The notes below the pieces were generated by a model. It did not search any database. It saw only the letters and a program-made list of their open reading frames with translations, and was not told the origin of the DNA. A DNA stretch of 36,026 nucleotides from Catajapyx aquilonaris. Its lineage: Eukaryota. The stretch is from contig KZ539040.1 of the NCBI GenBank assembly GCA_000934665.2, positions 1 through 36,026 of the forward strand, given 5' to 3'. Shown in pieces: positions 11,101 through 22,481 of this stretch. Within the stretch, counting starts at the first letter, position 1, and each line of letters starts with the position of its first letter. A program made the position numbers and the translations under genes.

Positions 11101-12838
11101 GAATAATTAGCGTTAATATTTTAGAATGTTATCATTAATTGCCTACAGATGCTCCGCAGGATAGCCTCTGAGCCTATATGCAGCAAACATTATATCCCTA
11201 ATATTTTCAGTGATCACAATTGATGCAGTTTTTACTTCAACTCATTTACATATAGCAATAAATAATATTGTCACAATTTTGCAGTATTTTTTTCATATGG
11301 TAATATGAAATTGCAAAAAATTTCAAAATTCATGGTTCAAATCCGGATTTCCCAACACAATGCCAATAGGGACACAACCAGTTTTACTTTTGTAACAAAT
11401 ATTATTAGCAACAGCCTCCACTAAAAATAACTACTATCTCTGGCAAAACCTATCCTTTCGCACTCATTTCTGTCTGAAATTTTTTTTAAACCCTCTCGCC
11501 AAAATCCTGGCCGTCGTGGCACATTTTACTCCACCGGCTAGGAGGTGGTCGGAAAAATTCACACTTTCTGTACATTACATTACACTCTTGTTACCATTAC
11601 GATGCGATGGAACAGGGGAATGGGGGTGGAGGGGGGGGGGTGGAGGGGAGACCACAGCAGGCAAAAAATCCACGTCACCGATTTTCTGAACAGCCCATCA
11701 ATGGTTATGTACTGACGACGATGTAAATCGTAACTAAAGTTACCTTTCGCAGTGGCCGACTAATATCTTCACGGATCTGTTGTCTGGGACTTCCACAATC
11801 GATAAATCAGAAGCCGGTCCAGTCGCGATCAGTTTGGTGTGCGTGTGCCCAGAGGCAGCAGCTAAGCGTGAAGTTGGAGGGTTCATCACTGGAGTGGATC
11901 GCGTCACAACCGAGAAGACCAGCCAACAAATCGCGGTTCCTGAACTCTCCCTGAAAAGTGGACGCTCGCGAACGGTGGCTGCGGACTAAAATTCACGGGA
12001 CCGAAGAGAGCCAATGTTGGAGCCTGGGAAATACTACACATGACGACACTAGTACATGGGGTTGGAAATATTCCCGTTTCCAAGATAAAATTCAGTAACT
12101 GACATGTTCCTGAACTAAGTATATGCATCCCGCCATATAGTCCAGAATAAAGACTCACCTGATTGTTTTGGGTGTATCTGTGAGTCTACTGCCGACTGAG
12201 ATACACGCATTCGAACTTAAGTATGAATGGGGGTAATCATTCAGAATATTGTTTCCCCCATTTGCTGTCAGTTCCTGTTTTTTTTCTCGGTACGGGAGTA
12301 AATCATGACTGGATTTTTTTGGGGTGTAACGAGAAAGAAACTGCGACATACACTTATTAACATCACTCGGCGCAGTCTTGTTCCATATATTTATCCGCTG
12401 GCCGAGAGGTCCCACATTCTTGTCGGATCTTGGATGCGGCTGGAAAGAACGTCGGAATCTGAAAATCTAGCTGCTGTGGTAGAATCTACATTGAAATCCG
12501 GAAATGATGGTAGGGTTATGTAAATCTGGTAGTAAAATGTTCGAATGTAGGACCCCTCGCCACTGGCTGGTTACGGCAGAAGAATGTATCTGGTTTTCCG
12601 GCCGGCCTAGTGACTCCGAGTAAAAATTCACGCACATACATTCCGACATTGTAACGCCCCTGGGGTGCTTATGGGCCTCTCCTTGCCCCAAGATGTACGG
12701 TACTGAAGTCTTGAGCTCCTTTTTTAGTTGGGACGGAAATTGAAGGGAGGCCACGTTGCGCACTCGCCCGGACGGGGGCGCCAACAGTGGGCGGTACTAA
12801 AATCCCACTAGTGACGGTTCCGGAATATCATCACTTAG

Positions 12839-14615
12839 TCAGGCCGATGGATACGAGTAGGAGAGTTCGTCGGGGATGACGCTGTAGCGGATAGGTGGTG
12901 GTTCCTTCAACAGTACGCTTCTTCTTCGAGGCGGACACTTGACGCATCTGCGGACGAACAGGACCATTCCGCAGATGGCAAATATGGACAGGGAAACTGC
13001 GAAGAACAGCATTGATCCGTAGCTGTCGCTGGTTTCCTGAGCCACCACTGGTCGAACGTCGTCTGCGGAGTCGATGACAATCTCTGCAGATCCTAATGTT
13101 AGTAGGGTGCGGTCTCCTACTGGGACAGGATCCATGGGAGCGGAAAGGGAGGTAGAGCAGTTGCTGGTGGTGGTTGTGATGGTGTCGGTAGTGGTGGTTG
13201 GGTCAGGGTCAGTAGTGATAGCTACGGTGGTAGGAGCTGAAGATGTTGTGGTAGGATTTGTGGTTGTTGGAGACAAAGTGTTGATTGGCTTTGTCGTAGT
13301 GGTGGTAGTCGTGGTAGTGGTGGTAGTCGGAGTGGTTGCAGTCGTTGTGGTTGGAATGGTAGTGGTCAGATTATCAATATCTTCAACAGAATCATCCAAG
13401 TCCACAGTGTCGTTGAGGTAGAGTGGCGACGAATCAATTGGTTCTTGGGTAGTAACAAGTAGAGATGGACTTGTCGGAGTGGAGTTGTTCCCCGGGGAGT
13501 TGGTCGGAACGGCGACAGTCACGGCGCCTGGTGTAGTCGTCGGGACAGGTGACACACTGCTGGGAGTGCTTGTGGTAGGCAGAGTGCTGGTAATCCTCTC
13601 CATCAACCGGAACATCGATGGTACCTGTTGACCTTCCTGCAGCAGATTGAACGACTCATCTCTGGAAGGCAAGAAGATAGCCTCATCCTCTGCCACAAAG
13701 ACCACGAAGTAACCCTGCTCTTCAAAGGACGACAGCCGATTTCTAGGGTTAACCATGTACAAGGTCAGGTTCTCCAAGACCAAGTGGTACAGTCCAGTAG
13801 TAGACTGGAACATCCGAAGAGTCCTACCCTTCCAGATATTCTCAATCGGATAGAGCCGACCCATTTCGTGTTCGTAGATCCAAATGTCCAGCAACTTTTG
13901 ATAGGCCACAAGAATGTAAGTGCGGCTCTGGCTGGTGGCATGCACGGCATGGATGACAGAGCGGCTGGACTGCCACATTTTGGGGTTCTGAAATACCGTG
14001 TTGAGGTGCATGTGACCCACCAAATCAAGACTAGCCAGGCCGGTGTTAAGGCGAAAAACCTTGCGTTCCAAACTGCCTCCGGTTATCGGGATGCAAATGA
14101 TGAAGAGGTCTCGTCCATCACTCACAGTTCGCACTGACCCAGGTTGACATGGCCAAGGTTTGACCGAGTCCTTGATCGTGACCTGGGGCATCCGTTGCCA
14201 TTCTGTGGTGCGTAGGTCAAATTTCCACCACTCTACGCTCACAGTGCGATTTGGAAGCTGAGGAGCAGTAGTGCTCCCAATCTTTCGCGTCGTGCTGTTG
14301 TTGCTGACATTGATTGCCTTGGTTTTAGCCAGGTTGGTAACAGCGATGTTGAGAGCCATGAAGGCCGTGCTGTTATTGTCGCACCACACCAGCGGATCGT
14401 GGAAATCTGGACAGAATGTCGATGTAGAATTGACATCGGTGAGACAGGCGTCGCAGCAGACGTAGGATGTCCATAACCCGTCGTTTATGTCGTAAACCCA
14501 GACGGTATCGCTGGACAGGGGAGCTGTTTGCTGACTGGCACTGTACACGGCCACACTGTTTCCTGTGACGCCACAGATTGTTGGCGATGGAATGCTTTCT
14601 GGTAGGGACATCACC
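12839..14615 (-). CDS. Large terminal exon of a type I membrane protein: beta-rich/kelch-like ectodomain, mucin-like T/S/P stalk, TM helix, short cytoplasmic tail
   Basis: 609-codon ORF. Minus-strand acceptor TTTTCAG ending at 14616, phase 2. Motifs VWVYDINDGLW and WWKFDLRTTEW; poly-Thr stalk at about 13140-13590; TM MLFFAVSLSIFAICGMVLFV (12953-13012) followed by RRCVKC. Confidence 0.88.
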
Positions 14616-15399
14616 CTGAAAATAAATATGACATGTCCAACTTCAATAATATTCTCGACGATTTTCACTCATTCATTAATTTGGATTTACTCAAGGTTAT
14701 TCCCCATTTTACATTCACTTGTGCCATATAATTCTATTCATCACTGTTTAGAATGGAAATATGTTCAGGCTGATTTATCATCACTACATTATATTCTTCG
14801 GGTATAAAAATTTCCTGACAGTGGGCGGTACATGATAATCTGCTGCCCTTGTATATAACTCAAGGGGGATTCAAAAATAAGCACTCTACTGACACTTTTA
14901 TGTCGTCACAAATGTGTACTGTAAATTCAAACTGCCTATAAGCGTAACGTTGTCGATGGCATCAACTGATAATCGCTCGTCTGCACACGCAGGCAGTAAC
15001 GATGTTTCTAAATTATCGGAAATGCACACCAATACAGCATCGCTGTTCAGTATGACTAATTCAGCAGTAGCGATATATTATTTTGTATCACTTTGATCGT
15101 TATTTATAGTCTATACATAGTTACCTCCAAACATCTGACTTGATGATGTGCATATGCAGTATAAGTTATCCCTCAAAAAGCTAGAGGCGATATAGTATAA
15201 TTATTATTCAAAGCAAAATCGTCTCCACCTTTATGAGCGATATAGTGCAGGCCAAGAAACTATCTACAGCTTACTGATTACAATAGAAATTCTGTAATTC
15301 AGTCCAAAAAATGTGTTGTGTATTAAAATTAATGGATGGCAGGCCGCACACCTACATTGGTTAAAACTTCATCTTATTAAAGGACATAAAAAAGCTTAC

Positions 15400-15619
15400 C
15401 TAACACCGGCATCGGTGTCCATTGGAAACTTCCTGTCCCACTTGCTGGTCTTGGCGTTGTACATCCAAAGGTCGCTAAGATAGTTGATAGCGTCTCCGTC
15501 GTCGCTTTTGCCTCCGAACATCCACCAATTACCATCTGCGTCTGTCCAAGTGTGAGGATCACTCCGTACCGGGGGTGATGACCTGCCAGCTTTCGACACC
15601 GACTTGTGGAAATCCCACT
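15400..15619 (-). CDS. Kelch-repeat exon of the same membrane-protein gene
   Basis: Acceptor TTTTTTTCAG ending at 15620 and donor AG|GTAAGC at 15399; phase 2 joins in frame to the 14615 exon. PPVRSDPHTWTDADGNWWMFGG...LSDLWMYNAKTSKW is a kelch motif. Confidence 0.85.
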
Positions 15620-16049
15620 CTGAAAAAAACAAACAATTTTTTTCTCAACATATGATGCACAACCCGTTTTCCACATATTACACCCAACAACGAGTGAACT
15701 TTGCTCGTTTACTCCTTACAGAAGTTAGTTTTACTCTCTCAGGCACGTGATCGTTTCCCTCCCAAAACTTCTCGTACACTCGAGCGTACAGTATACCGGA
15801 TCGAGTTTCCAGTATTTCCTAATCAGCAGTAGCTCCTATGTCGAGTTCAAGATCCGATAAAATTATAATATACCGCGCCAGAGAAGTTTCCTACCCGACA
15901 GCAAAATACGTAACGGAGCTTCGTCGGTGAGTTACCAGAACGCCTCCAGGGAATTTTCTGCCAATAAGCCTGAGCAGACTAATAAATATCCGAAAATCTA
16001 TAGGTAAGCGGAGCCTCTCTTTCCTTCTCCCCCCGAAAAGTGGTAGGAA

Positions 16050-17800
16050 TTATAGGCCCGAAAAACGTTCCCTTCCGCATCTTAATGCTCCCCCAGAATC
16101 TGCCTCTGGGGCCGAACAGTTCACGACCTAACTCCGAGAGTCACTTCCTACATCTCTCCCGGAAAACCCAACCATTCCTCTCTAACTTTCATTTCTTCCC
16201 CAGAGGAAGCATTTTCGGCAAGAGAAAAGGTGAGGCAGGCGATGCTGGGTTTGAGGACTCAAAATACCTCCCTTCTAAAGGGGGTCTTTGGCCCAACGCT
16301 TGTCATTTAGGAAACACTCCAGCCCCCCTACCTCCCTAAAGGAGCTGGAGCCATGAGAAAAGGTTGTCAAGAGCCGCGAAATTTCGCCAAACTTTTCGGA
16401 CGGAGATAAAGGGGGTCGGGGCAGGTGTTGAGGTAAAGATTGGACGCCGTTGCCCAGTTATGGCCTATTTCCTTTGCCAGGCACGCCACCGACGGATTGA
16501 CAATTTAGGGACTGCTTGGGTCTCAATAAAATCGGATGTTTATACACACTTTTCAGGTCAGAGTAGTGGGAATACAATTCCTATGTGGCAAGCAGGAACA
16601 TACATTTTAAATTAAGTTTGGAAAAAAATTCAATTTCAAGTCAAAACGTACAGTTTTGCCATTGGAGATCAATATGGCATCCTGTTCACATAAACATGTT
16701 AGCGAACGTACAATCCCAGAAATCCTTGGGACCAAAAAGGCACTTTTGAAAATGTCACTGCCAATTCAACCTCCTCCATGCTCCGAATTTTCCGGCCAGT
16801 CGCAAAATTACTATCAAAAAGCTCGGAACAACAATTTGTCAACGGAAACTAGGGATCGGAATTAGGTTTCTGCGAATGCGAACCGGGAATTGACTATAAA
16901 TCGAAAGGACACCAGCAATCCACGGCTGGGAGATTCAATTTCTGCGTTTCTTTTACGTTTGTCTTGGCCCATTTGAAGGCCTCCGTCTGACGGGCTCGGG
17001 ATGGAGACCGGAACCTGACAGCCAAACGAGCAGTTTCCCCGACAAGGGCGGACATGGAAACCACTCGCTCGAATTCAAGCAGCAGACTTGCGGCCCAGAA
17101 TCCGTTCCGGTGAACTGTGCACGTCGCCGCTGTCAGATCTGCACTTCCTTTTAGCGCCCAGTAGGCGGCGCCCAAGGAGGGACCCATCAAGGTCAATAGG
17201 GAGAAGGTCACCTCTATACTTCAGGGTCAACTCTGTCCCCGAACAACGCCAATGATTACGAAATACATGGGGGCGTTCAAACAGGTCCTTTCAAGCACTG
17301 TTGCCACAATCAGCCTTACCAGATTGAGACATCTGTAAAGTGTCGAAGGGAAGCTAATCCAAAGAGGCGCTTTTGCCTCGAGAAGATTAAAGGGAAGGTG
17401 TTAGGAGCCTGTCTGTAAGTCCACTACTTTGAATGACTGGAGTCAAGGAGTTTGCTATACCAAAGAGATGCGGTGCAGGTTCTAGCTAAGGGTAAGAGGT
17501 GCCTTTGCATTAACTGAAAATACAGACTCTATCTCCCAAGAGCAGATCCACCCCCTGGCTCCCCCCAGTTACCCCACCCCAAAGTCTCTCCCGTGTAATC
17601 GCTTGGCTGGAGGAACACGATCTGCAAATGGCTCCTTAATTCTGATTAAAACGCCCCGCCGCGTCACCTCGGGCCAAAGTGCCTCCTATGTTTTGGGACC
17701 TTCGCCAAACTCGATTTCAATTCTGTAGGGGATTACGCAGTCTATCTCGAGAGCAGCAACCATTTCTTTCCGCACAGTCTCTTTGTGGTTATAAAATAAG
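16050..17800 (-). mobile_element. Highly decayed Ty3/Gypsy pol remnant A (protease, RT connection, RNase H)
   Basis: Read across frameshifts, in the expected order on the minus strand: MVAAL[R]D at about 17745-17763 and GVDLLLGD at 17531-17554 (protease); QTEAFKWAK...CPFDL at 16897-16990; LEGRYFE and SIKMRKG at about 16060-16290 (RNase H-like). It may extend to about 19480. Confidence 0.5.
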
Positions 17801-17947
17801 CTTGCCAAGGCCAGGGGTGGTCAAGGTTACTGCGTAACACCCTGTAGCCTACAGGACTTGTGAGTGGTGGGCAGCTACACTGCACGGAGAACCCACATAC
17901 AGCATGGAGCAGCCCACGGACACTACCCCTATCTTCTGGGCTTATCA

Positions 17948-18499
17948 CCTGCCGAGGGGTTTTGCAGCGGGTGCTCACCTGAGACCGCCACGAGACATTT
18001 CCCAGAGCATTTATGTGGCGACCCTATCGGACTAAGGCTGAACTTTACAGGTACGAAAGGGGAGGGCTACAGTGGGGGGCCCAACATGGCCGCCGGCGGC
18101 CATGTTGGGCCAGCATGTAGCGCTTCCCTTCGTACCTGTAAAGTTCAGCCTTAGTCCGGTAGGGTCGCCACATAAATGCTCTGGGAAATGTCTAGTGGAG
18201 GCAGTGGCGTAGGCAGGAAATTTTTTCGGGGGGGGGCCCATGGCCGATCGGTCCGTTTCATAATATTGTAACCTATTGTAAGACTTTTTTTGATGTATCA
18301 TAACAGTATTCGAGTCGGAGAGGGGAGGGGGAGGATTTCATAAACCGCGAAAATTTTCCTTACTGTTACATAATGTAATGCATTTATTGATTTTTCTTAA
18401 CATTTCGGGGGGGGCCCGGCCCCCCCGGGCCCCCCCCCCCTGCCTACGCCACTGAGTGGAGGTCTCAAGTGAGCACCCGGTGCGTAATCCTTCGGCAGG
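17948..18499. repeat. Foldback/palindromic element with arms of about 145 bp, right arm interrupted by a MITE
   Basis: A perfect 34-bp spacerless palindrome at 18078-18111. Outer arms such as AGACATTTCCCAGAGCATTTATGTGGCGACCCTA / TAGGGTCGCCACATAAATGCTCTGGGAAATGTCT resume after 18462. Confidence 0.92.
18202..18454. mobile_element. hAT-type MITE, 253 bp
   Basis: Perfect 16-bp TIRs CAGTGGCGTAGGCAGG / CCTGCCTACGCCACTG, flanked by an exact 8-bp TSD AGTGGAGG (18194-18201 and 18455-18462). Confidence 0.93.
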
Positions 18500-20084
18500 G
18501 GGTGGGTGGGGAGTGACCTAACCTGAGTCTTCTACAACCATGGCATGGAGCAACCATAATTTGGGTTTATTCAAAACGGTCAGTTTGCGGCTCCTTCTCC
18601 AAAGAAATGGCAATGCCTGCTGTGGACCCCAGATATTGAAGAGCTTGTTGAAGAGTTTCTAAATATGGAAATTCTTATTTAGTATAGGCCTAAGGATACA
18701 CCTACAAAAAAGCCAACAGTCATGTCTTCAAATGGGGATTCATCTTAGCCTCATACCTCCTTGGTCTGAAGATAGCCTGTACAGTATACCAGCGGTCAAT
18801 AATTGCCGTATCTCCATTTCAAAAGGCTAAAGAGGACAAAACGTTCCAGACATGGCCATATACATTCAGTATTCAAAGGTTCCTTTCATATAGAGCTTGA
18901 ATGTACCGGAATGCCTAATCTCGCAGTCATTCTGCGCCATTTGGGTCACTGGTTACGGAACACCAATCACCTTGTCATCATTTTAGCGCATTCTCTGATG
19001 AATGATCCACCTTTTTGCAGCGTTTCTTGACCCCTTTATTCATTAGTCAGTAACACTGGACCTTCCCCCGTACCTTGTATGTCCTCATAAATTTTCCAGT
19101 CTAATTTGGGCCAGGGAAAAAAAAGGTCCCCGTGATAATAAAGCAGAGAAGTAATATTTTTATAGAGGATGAAACGGATTAGCTCTGAGAATTCCTCTCC
19201 GATAACCGAGCTGCCTTCCTCAAGTTTTAATCACCACGTTGGATTTCGCTCTGGATGTAATATCACGGTTGGCAACGCTCATGTAATTAATGCAGCGAGA
19301 TAGCTTTACTTTGCTACAAAAGTGGAGGCCAAAGCTCTGCCCTCAGTGTTCTTCATCTCAAGCGCACCAAAGGAACATTTCAATGTACGTTTAAGGGCCC
19401 CATACATTATTCTCGTTTGTCGACTTTATTATTCATCGTCTCCAGTCCCAGAGGTGCCATTTTTCTGACGCCTGAAAAAAGGGAAGAGCGACTCAGGTGT
19501 AAAAGGGATCGTTGTCCCTGCATTATTGGGTAACTAAACCAGTGATACCTAAACGCCTATTAGTATAGAAGACCGCTTACAGCTGCTAAATGGTGATTTG
19601 AAGCCGGGTTTATTGCGGTGTTTTGTGAAGGACTGATTCCGTGTTGAAAGGGGATGTAATGGAATCTAAAAAAAGTTTTCTTTGGAAGTTGGTAGTGAAA
19701 CGCACCGACCGCTTTGTGAACCGTGACACTTGGGTATAGAGAAAAGGGTATCCCATTACCTTTTCCGGCTGGCTGCGTTCCCAAGAGTCGACAGGATTGA
19801 ATGATATAAAAAGGTCGCTGCCGTAAAGATCTCGGTTGCATGCGAATCCTTCGAGAGTGACACTTGTCGTCCCCAAAGCAGAACACTCAATCTTATACAT
19901 CAGATTGTGTGCACAATTGCACCGATTGTAGTCGAAAGTGATACAAAAGAATAGGTACTTTGAAAGTATACCTTACAGCTCAATAAATATGGGCAATTTT
20001 ATTATTTTGTGCCCTACAGAGTTGACTTGCGACTCTATACCAAGTGAACCCTTTTCTTCTACAGTCCCTACAAGAGAGAAGCCA

Positions 20085-21090
20085 CGCGTAAATAGAAAAT
20101 CCTACTCTGATTGGTACCATGGCCGTTGGCTCTCGGGAAAAAACAAAAAAAGCCATCATCCTGGATGTTTGCCAGTAGCTCCCAATGACAACCAAATTCA
20201 ATGCAAGCCCCATCCCAGGAAATGGGCAGTGGACTCCACAAATATCTGCCGCTCCTTTCCGCCACAACTTATTGCCCGCAGACTCAACGACCCCCATACA
20301 TATTATAGCTGGACTCTTGTCCATGTCAAATGCAATGCCAGCCCACTCCGGGGTCATGTGAGGTCTAGTGCCATCCGATGTACGCCGCAAGAGCCCTTAG
20401 AGAAATCAGCGTAATGGAAGTGGATCGCAGATGAGGTAATTAATCCAGAAGCGTAAACATCTCCGTGTCTGACTCTGCTCACAAAATATGGTTTGATATT
20501 GAAGATTCCGGAAAATGTTCCCAGAATATTGCAATTCTGATCATTTCGAGGTTGAAAGCATCCTTTCTGGAGCATAACTCGCCTTGTTCTACATTTCTAT
20601 AGCTGCTGGAAACTTCCACGAGGAAAATAAACAGAGCCATAAAGAACCAGGAAAAAAACCTGGCCGATTGTAATTCCCTGCAAAAACTTTGAAAAAAATT
20701 ACCCTTTTTCCCCTTCCCTGTAGGCCTTTCAGGAAGACGAGTATTCCAAAGTAGGTTAACAACCGGGTTCTCTCATTAGCTGATTAATATTTCTTGCCGT
20801 CTATCCTGGCACCAGTGACAGACACAGTACATAAAATATGTCGTAAAGGAAGATAACACCGCAACATCCCCCTTGATAGCGAAATAATCCGAAGTTAGGA
20901 TGGCTATATTACCACACACTATCTTCTCCTCGAACGAGTCTTCTTTGCATCCAACGAGGCTTTATCCGACACTAAAGCGTCTTATGAAGCGGACCATGCC
21001 TTAATTGCACCCCGATTTTGGTAATACAAGGACGCCTTTTTCCGGTTGGCAAGTTTCACCAAACACACTAAGCTGGGAATGCAGAGTGTC
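20085..21090 (-). mobile_element. Highly decayed Ty3/Gypsy pol remnant B (RT to RNase H)
   Basis: Colinear degraded motifs: PSLVCLVKLANRK..RPCI; FLYDI (YxDD-like); DAFNL..KPYFV..DVYASG; EWAGIAFDMDK..YVWG; HWELLANIQD..GTNQ..DFL. Confidence 0.5.
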
Positions 21091-22468
21091 TGTGAAGAAA
21101 TAGCAAGGTTACAGTAGGAATCACTTTTTTTTCTTACTAAACAGTAAGGCGAAGCAAGTGCGTTGCAATAATAACCCCATCAGTCTCGAGAATGTACTAT
21201 AATTATGCAGGTTCATGAATATGTTAGAGCTGTGAAAACATTGTGTGTTTAACCGTTTTGGTATACATGAAGATGAGAGAAAATTTAAGATTGCAATTAA
21301 TTACTCAATATTTTGTTAATTGGTGTCAACAATTGATAACATTCGCTAATCCATCGGTGGACAAGCTATCTTCAGTGGTGATTTACTTGCCGGCTGATAT
21401 AGTTAGCGGTATTTACGTCATCAGATTATCACGCTTGGGAAAGTCATAACAAGCCGAGCTTGCCTACAACTAATTACCCGTCGCGTGCCAACACGAAGAG
21501 GTCAAATTCCAAAATTGTCGCGGTCCTGTTTGGGCGATGTGCAGGTGTATACAGTTCCATGCACTTTCATTAACGTCAAATAAAATTTTAAACTGCGGTG
21601 AGGCTTATATGCCAATTGTGAGCTGAATAACTCAACGATGGTTTGGGTTAATGAAATATGCATGGAGCTGAATTTCACAAGAGGAAAGACAATTGCTAGC
21701 GGCAATGCCTGTAACAAACATACCCATCTACAAACCGCGAAATCTTTCATCAAACTGTCACAAGCTTCTCAGAAACCCTAGTACTTCCACTTATTTCCTA
21801 ATCTACCTGTCGAATAAAACGGAGAACTTGTCGCACATTTTTGGCTGAAACATACCGTTATCTTTTCATACGAATTCAACTAGGTAAAACGTTTAATAAA
21901 ACCGGCATTCACGTCTCTGAGAAAATCCTGTGGGATTCCTCAGTGGTCACTACATCCGGATTTGCACTGGAGCGCTCAAGGCTCTTTCATTTAAAAAAAC
22001 TATGCTGGAGCCAACGGAAGCCATCTTGGACGGGTGATGCCATCCATACAAAATAGCCTCTGTTGCATAATGTGAGCTGGGATAGGTTGCCACAAGCATT
22101 TCCATTTCGAGAGGGGGAGTATACAGGAGTAAAACAACCATATAGGTCTTCTACAGTTAGACGCTTGACCGCCTTCGTGTCCCCAGAGTGTCGCAGACAA
22201 CCTGTGTAAACATGAAACCTTATAGACAGCAGTATCGATTATATGAAACCAGTCGTCAAATTTTCTACATCAGAGCCAGTTTAATTCCTTGCCGATGGAA
22301 TAATGGGAACTAATCAATCAATGTCAAAAACAAGCTAGCAAAATACGGGCAGGGCATCCAGCGCAAAAGTCACCAACTCACCGCTGCCGAAAAGATGAAT
22401 TGAGTGTCGCAGGTCCCTTTTTTGTCAAAAAAAAATCGGGGGAGAGGGGGGAGGGTGGGGGGGGGGGG

Positions 22469-22481
22469 NNNNNNNNNNNNN
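22469..22481. other. Assembly gap (13 N) inside a G homopolymer; a single N at 28077 is also in a G run
   Basis: Read directly. Confidence 0.95.

Noticed and set aside
12766..12785. TGGCGCCC PBS-like motif on the minus strand
   Set aside because: Only about 8 nt match, and no adjacent LTR end or gag sequence.
13074..14137. Plus-strand ORFs (poly-Val 115 aa; 169 aa)
   Set aside because: Antisense shadows of the minus-strand coding exon; poly-Val mirrors the poly-Thr codons.
14616..14668. ORF-track start MKIVENIIEV of the 609-aa ORF
   Set aside because: Lies in intron sequence upstream of a clear acceptor that joins in frame to the kelch exon.
17864..18301. Two opposite-strand ORFs with near-identical peptides
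   Set aside because: Artefact of the palindrome, not a gene pair.
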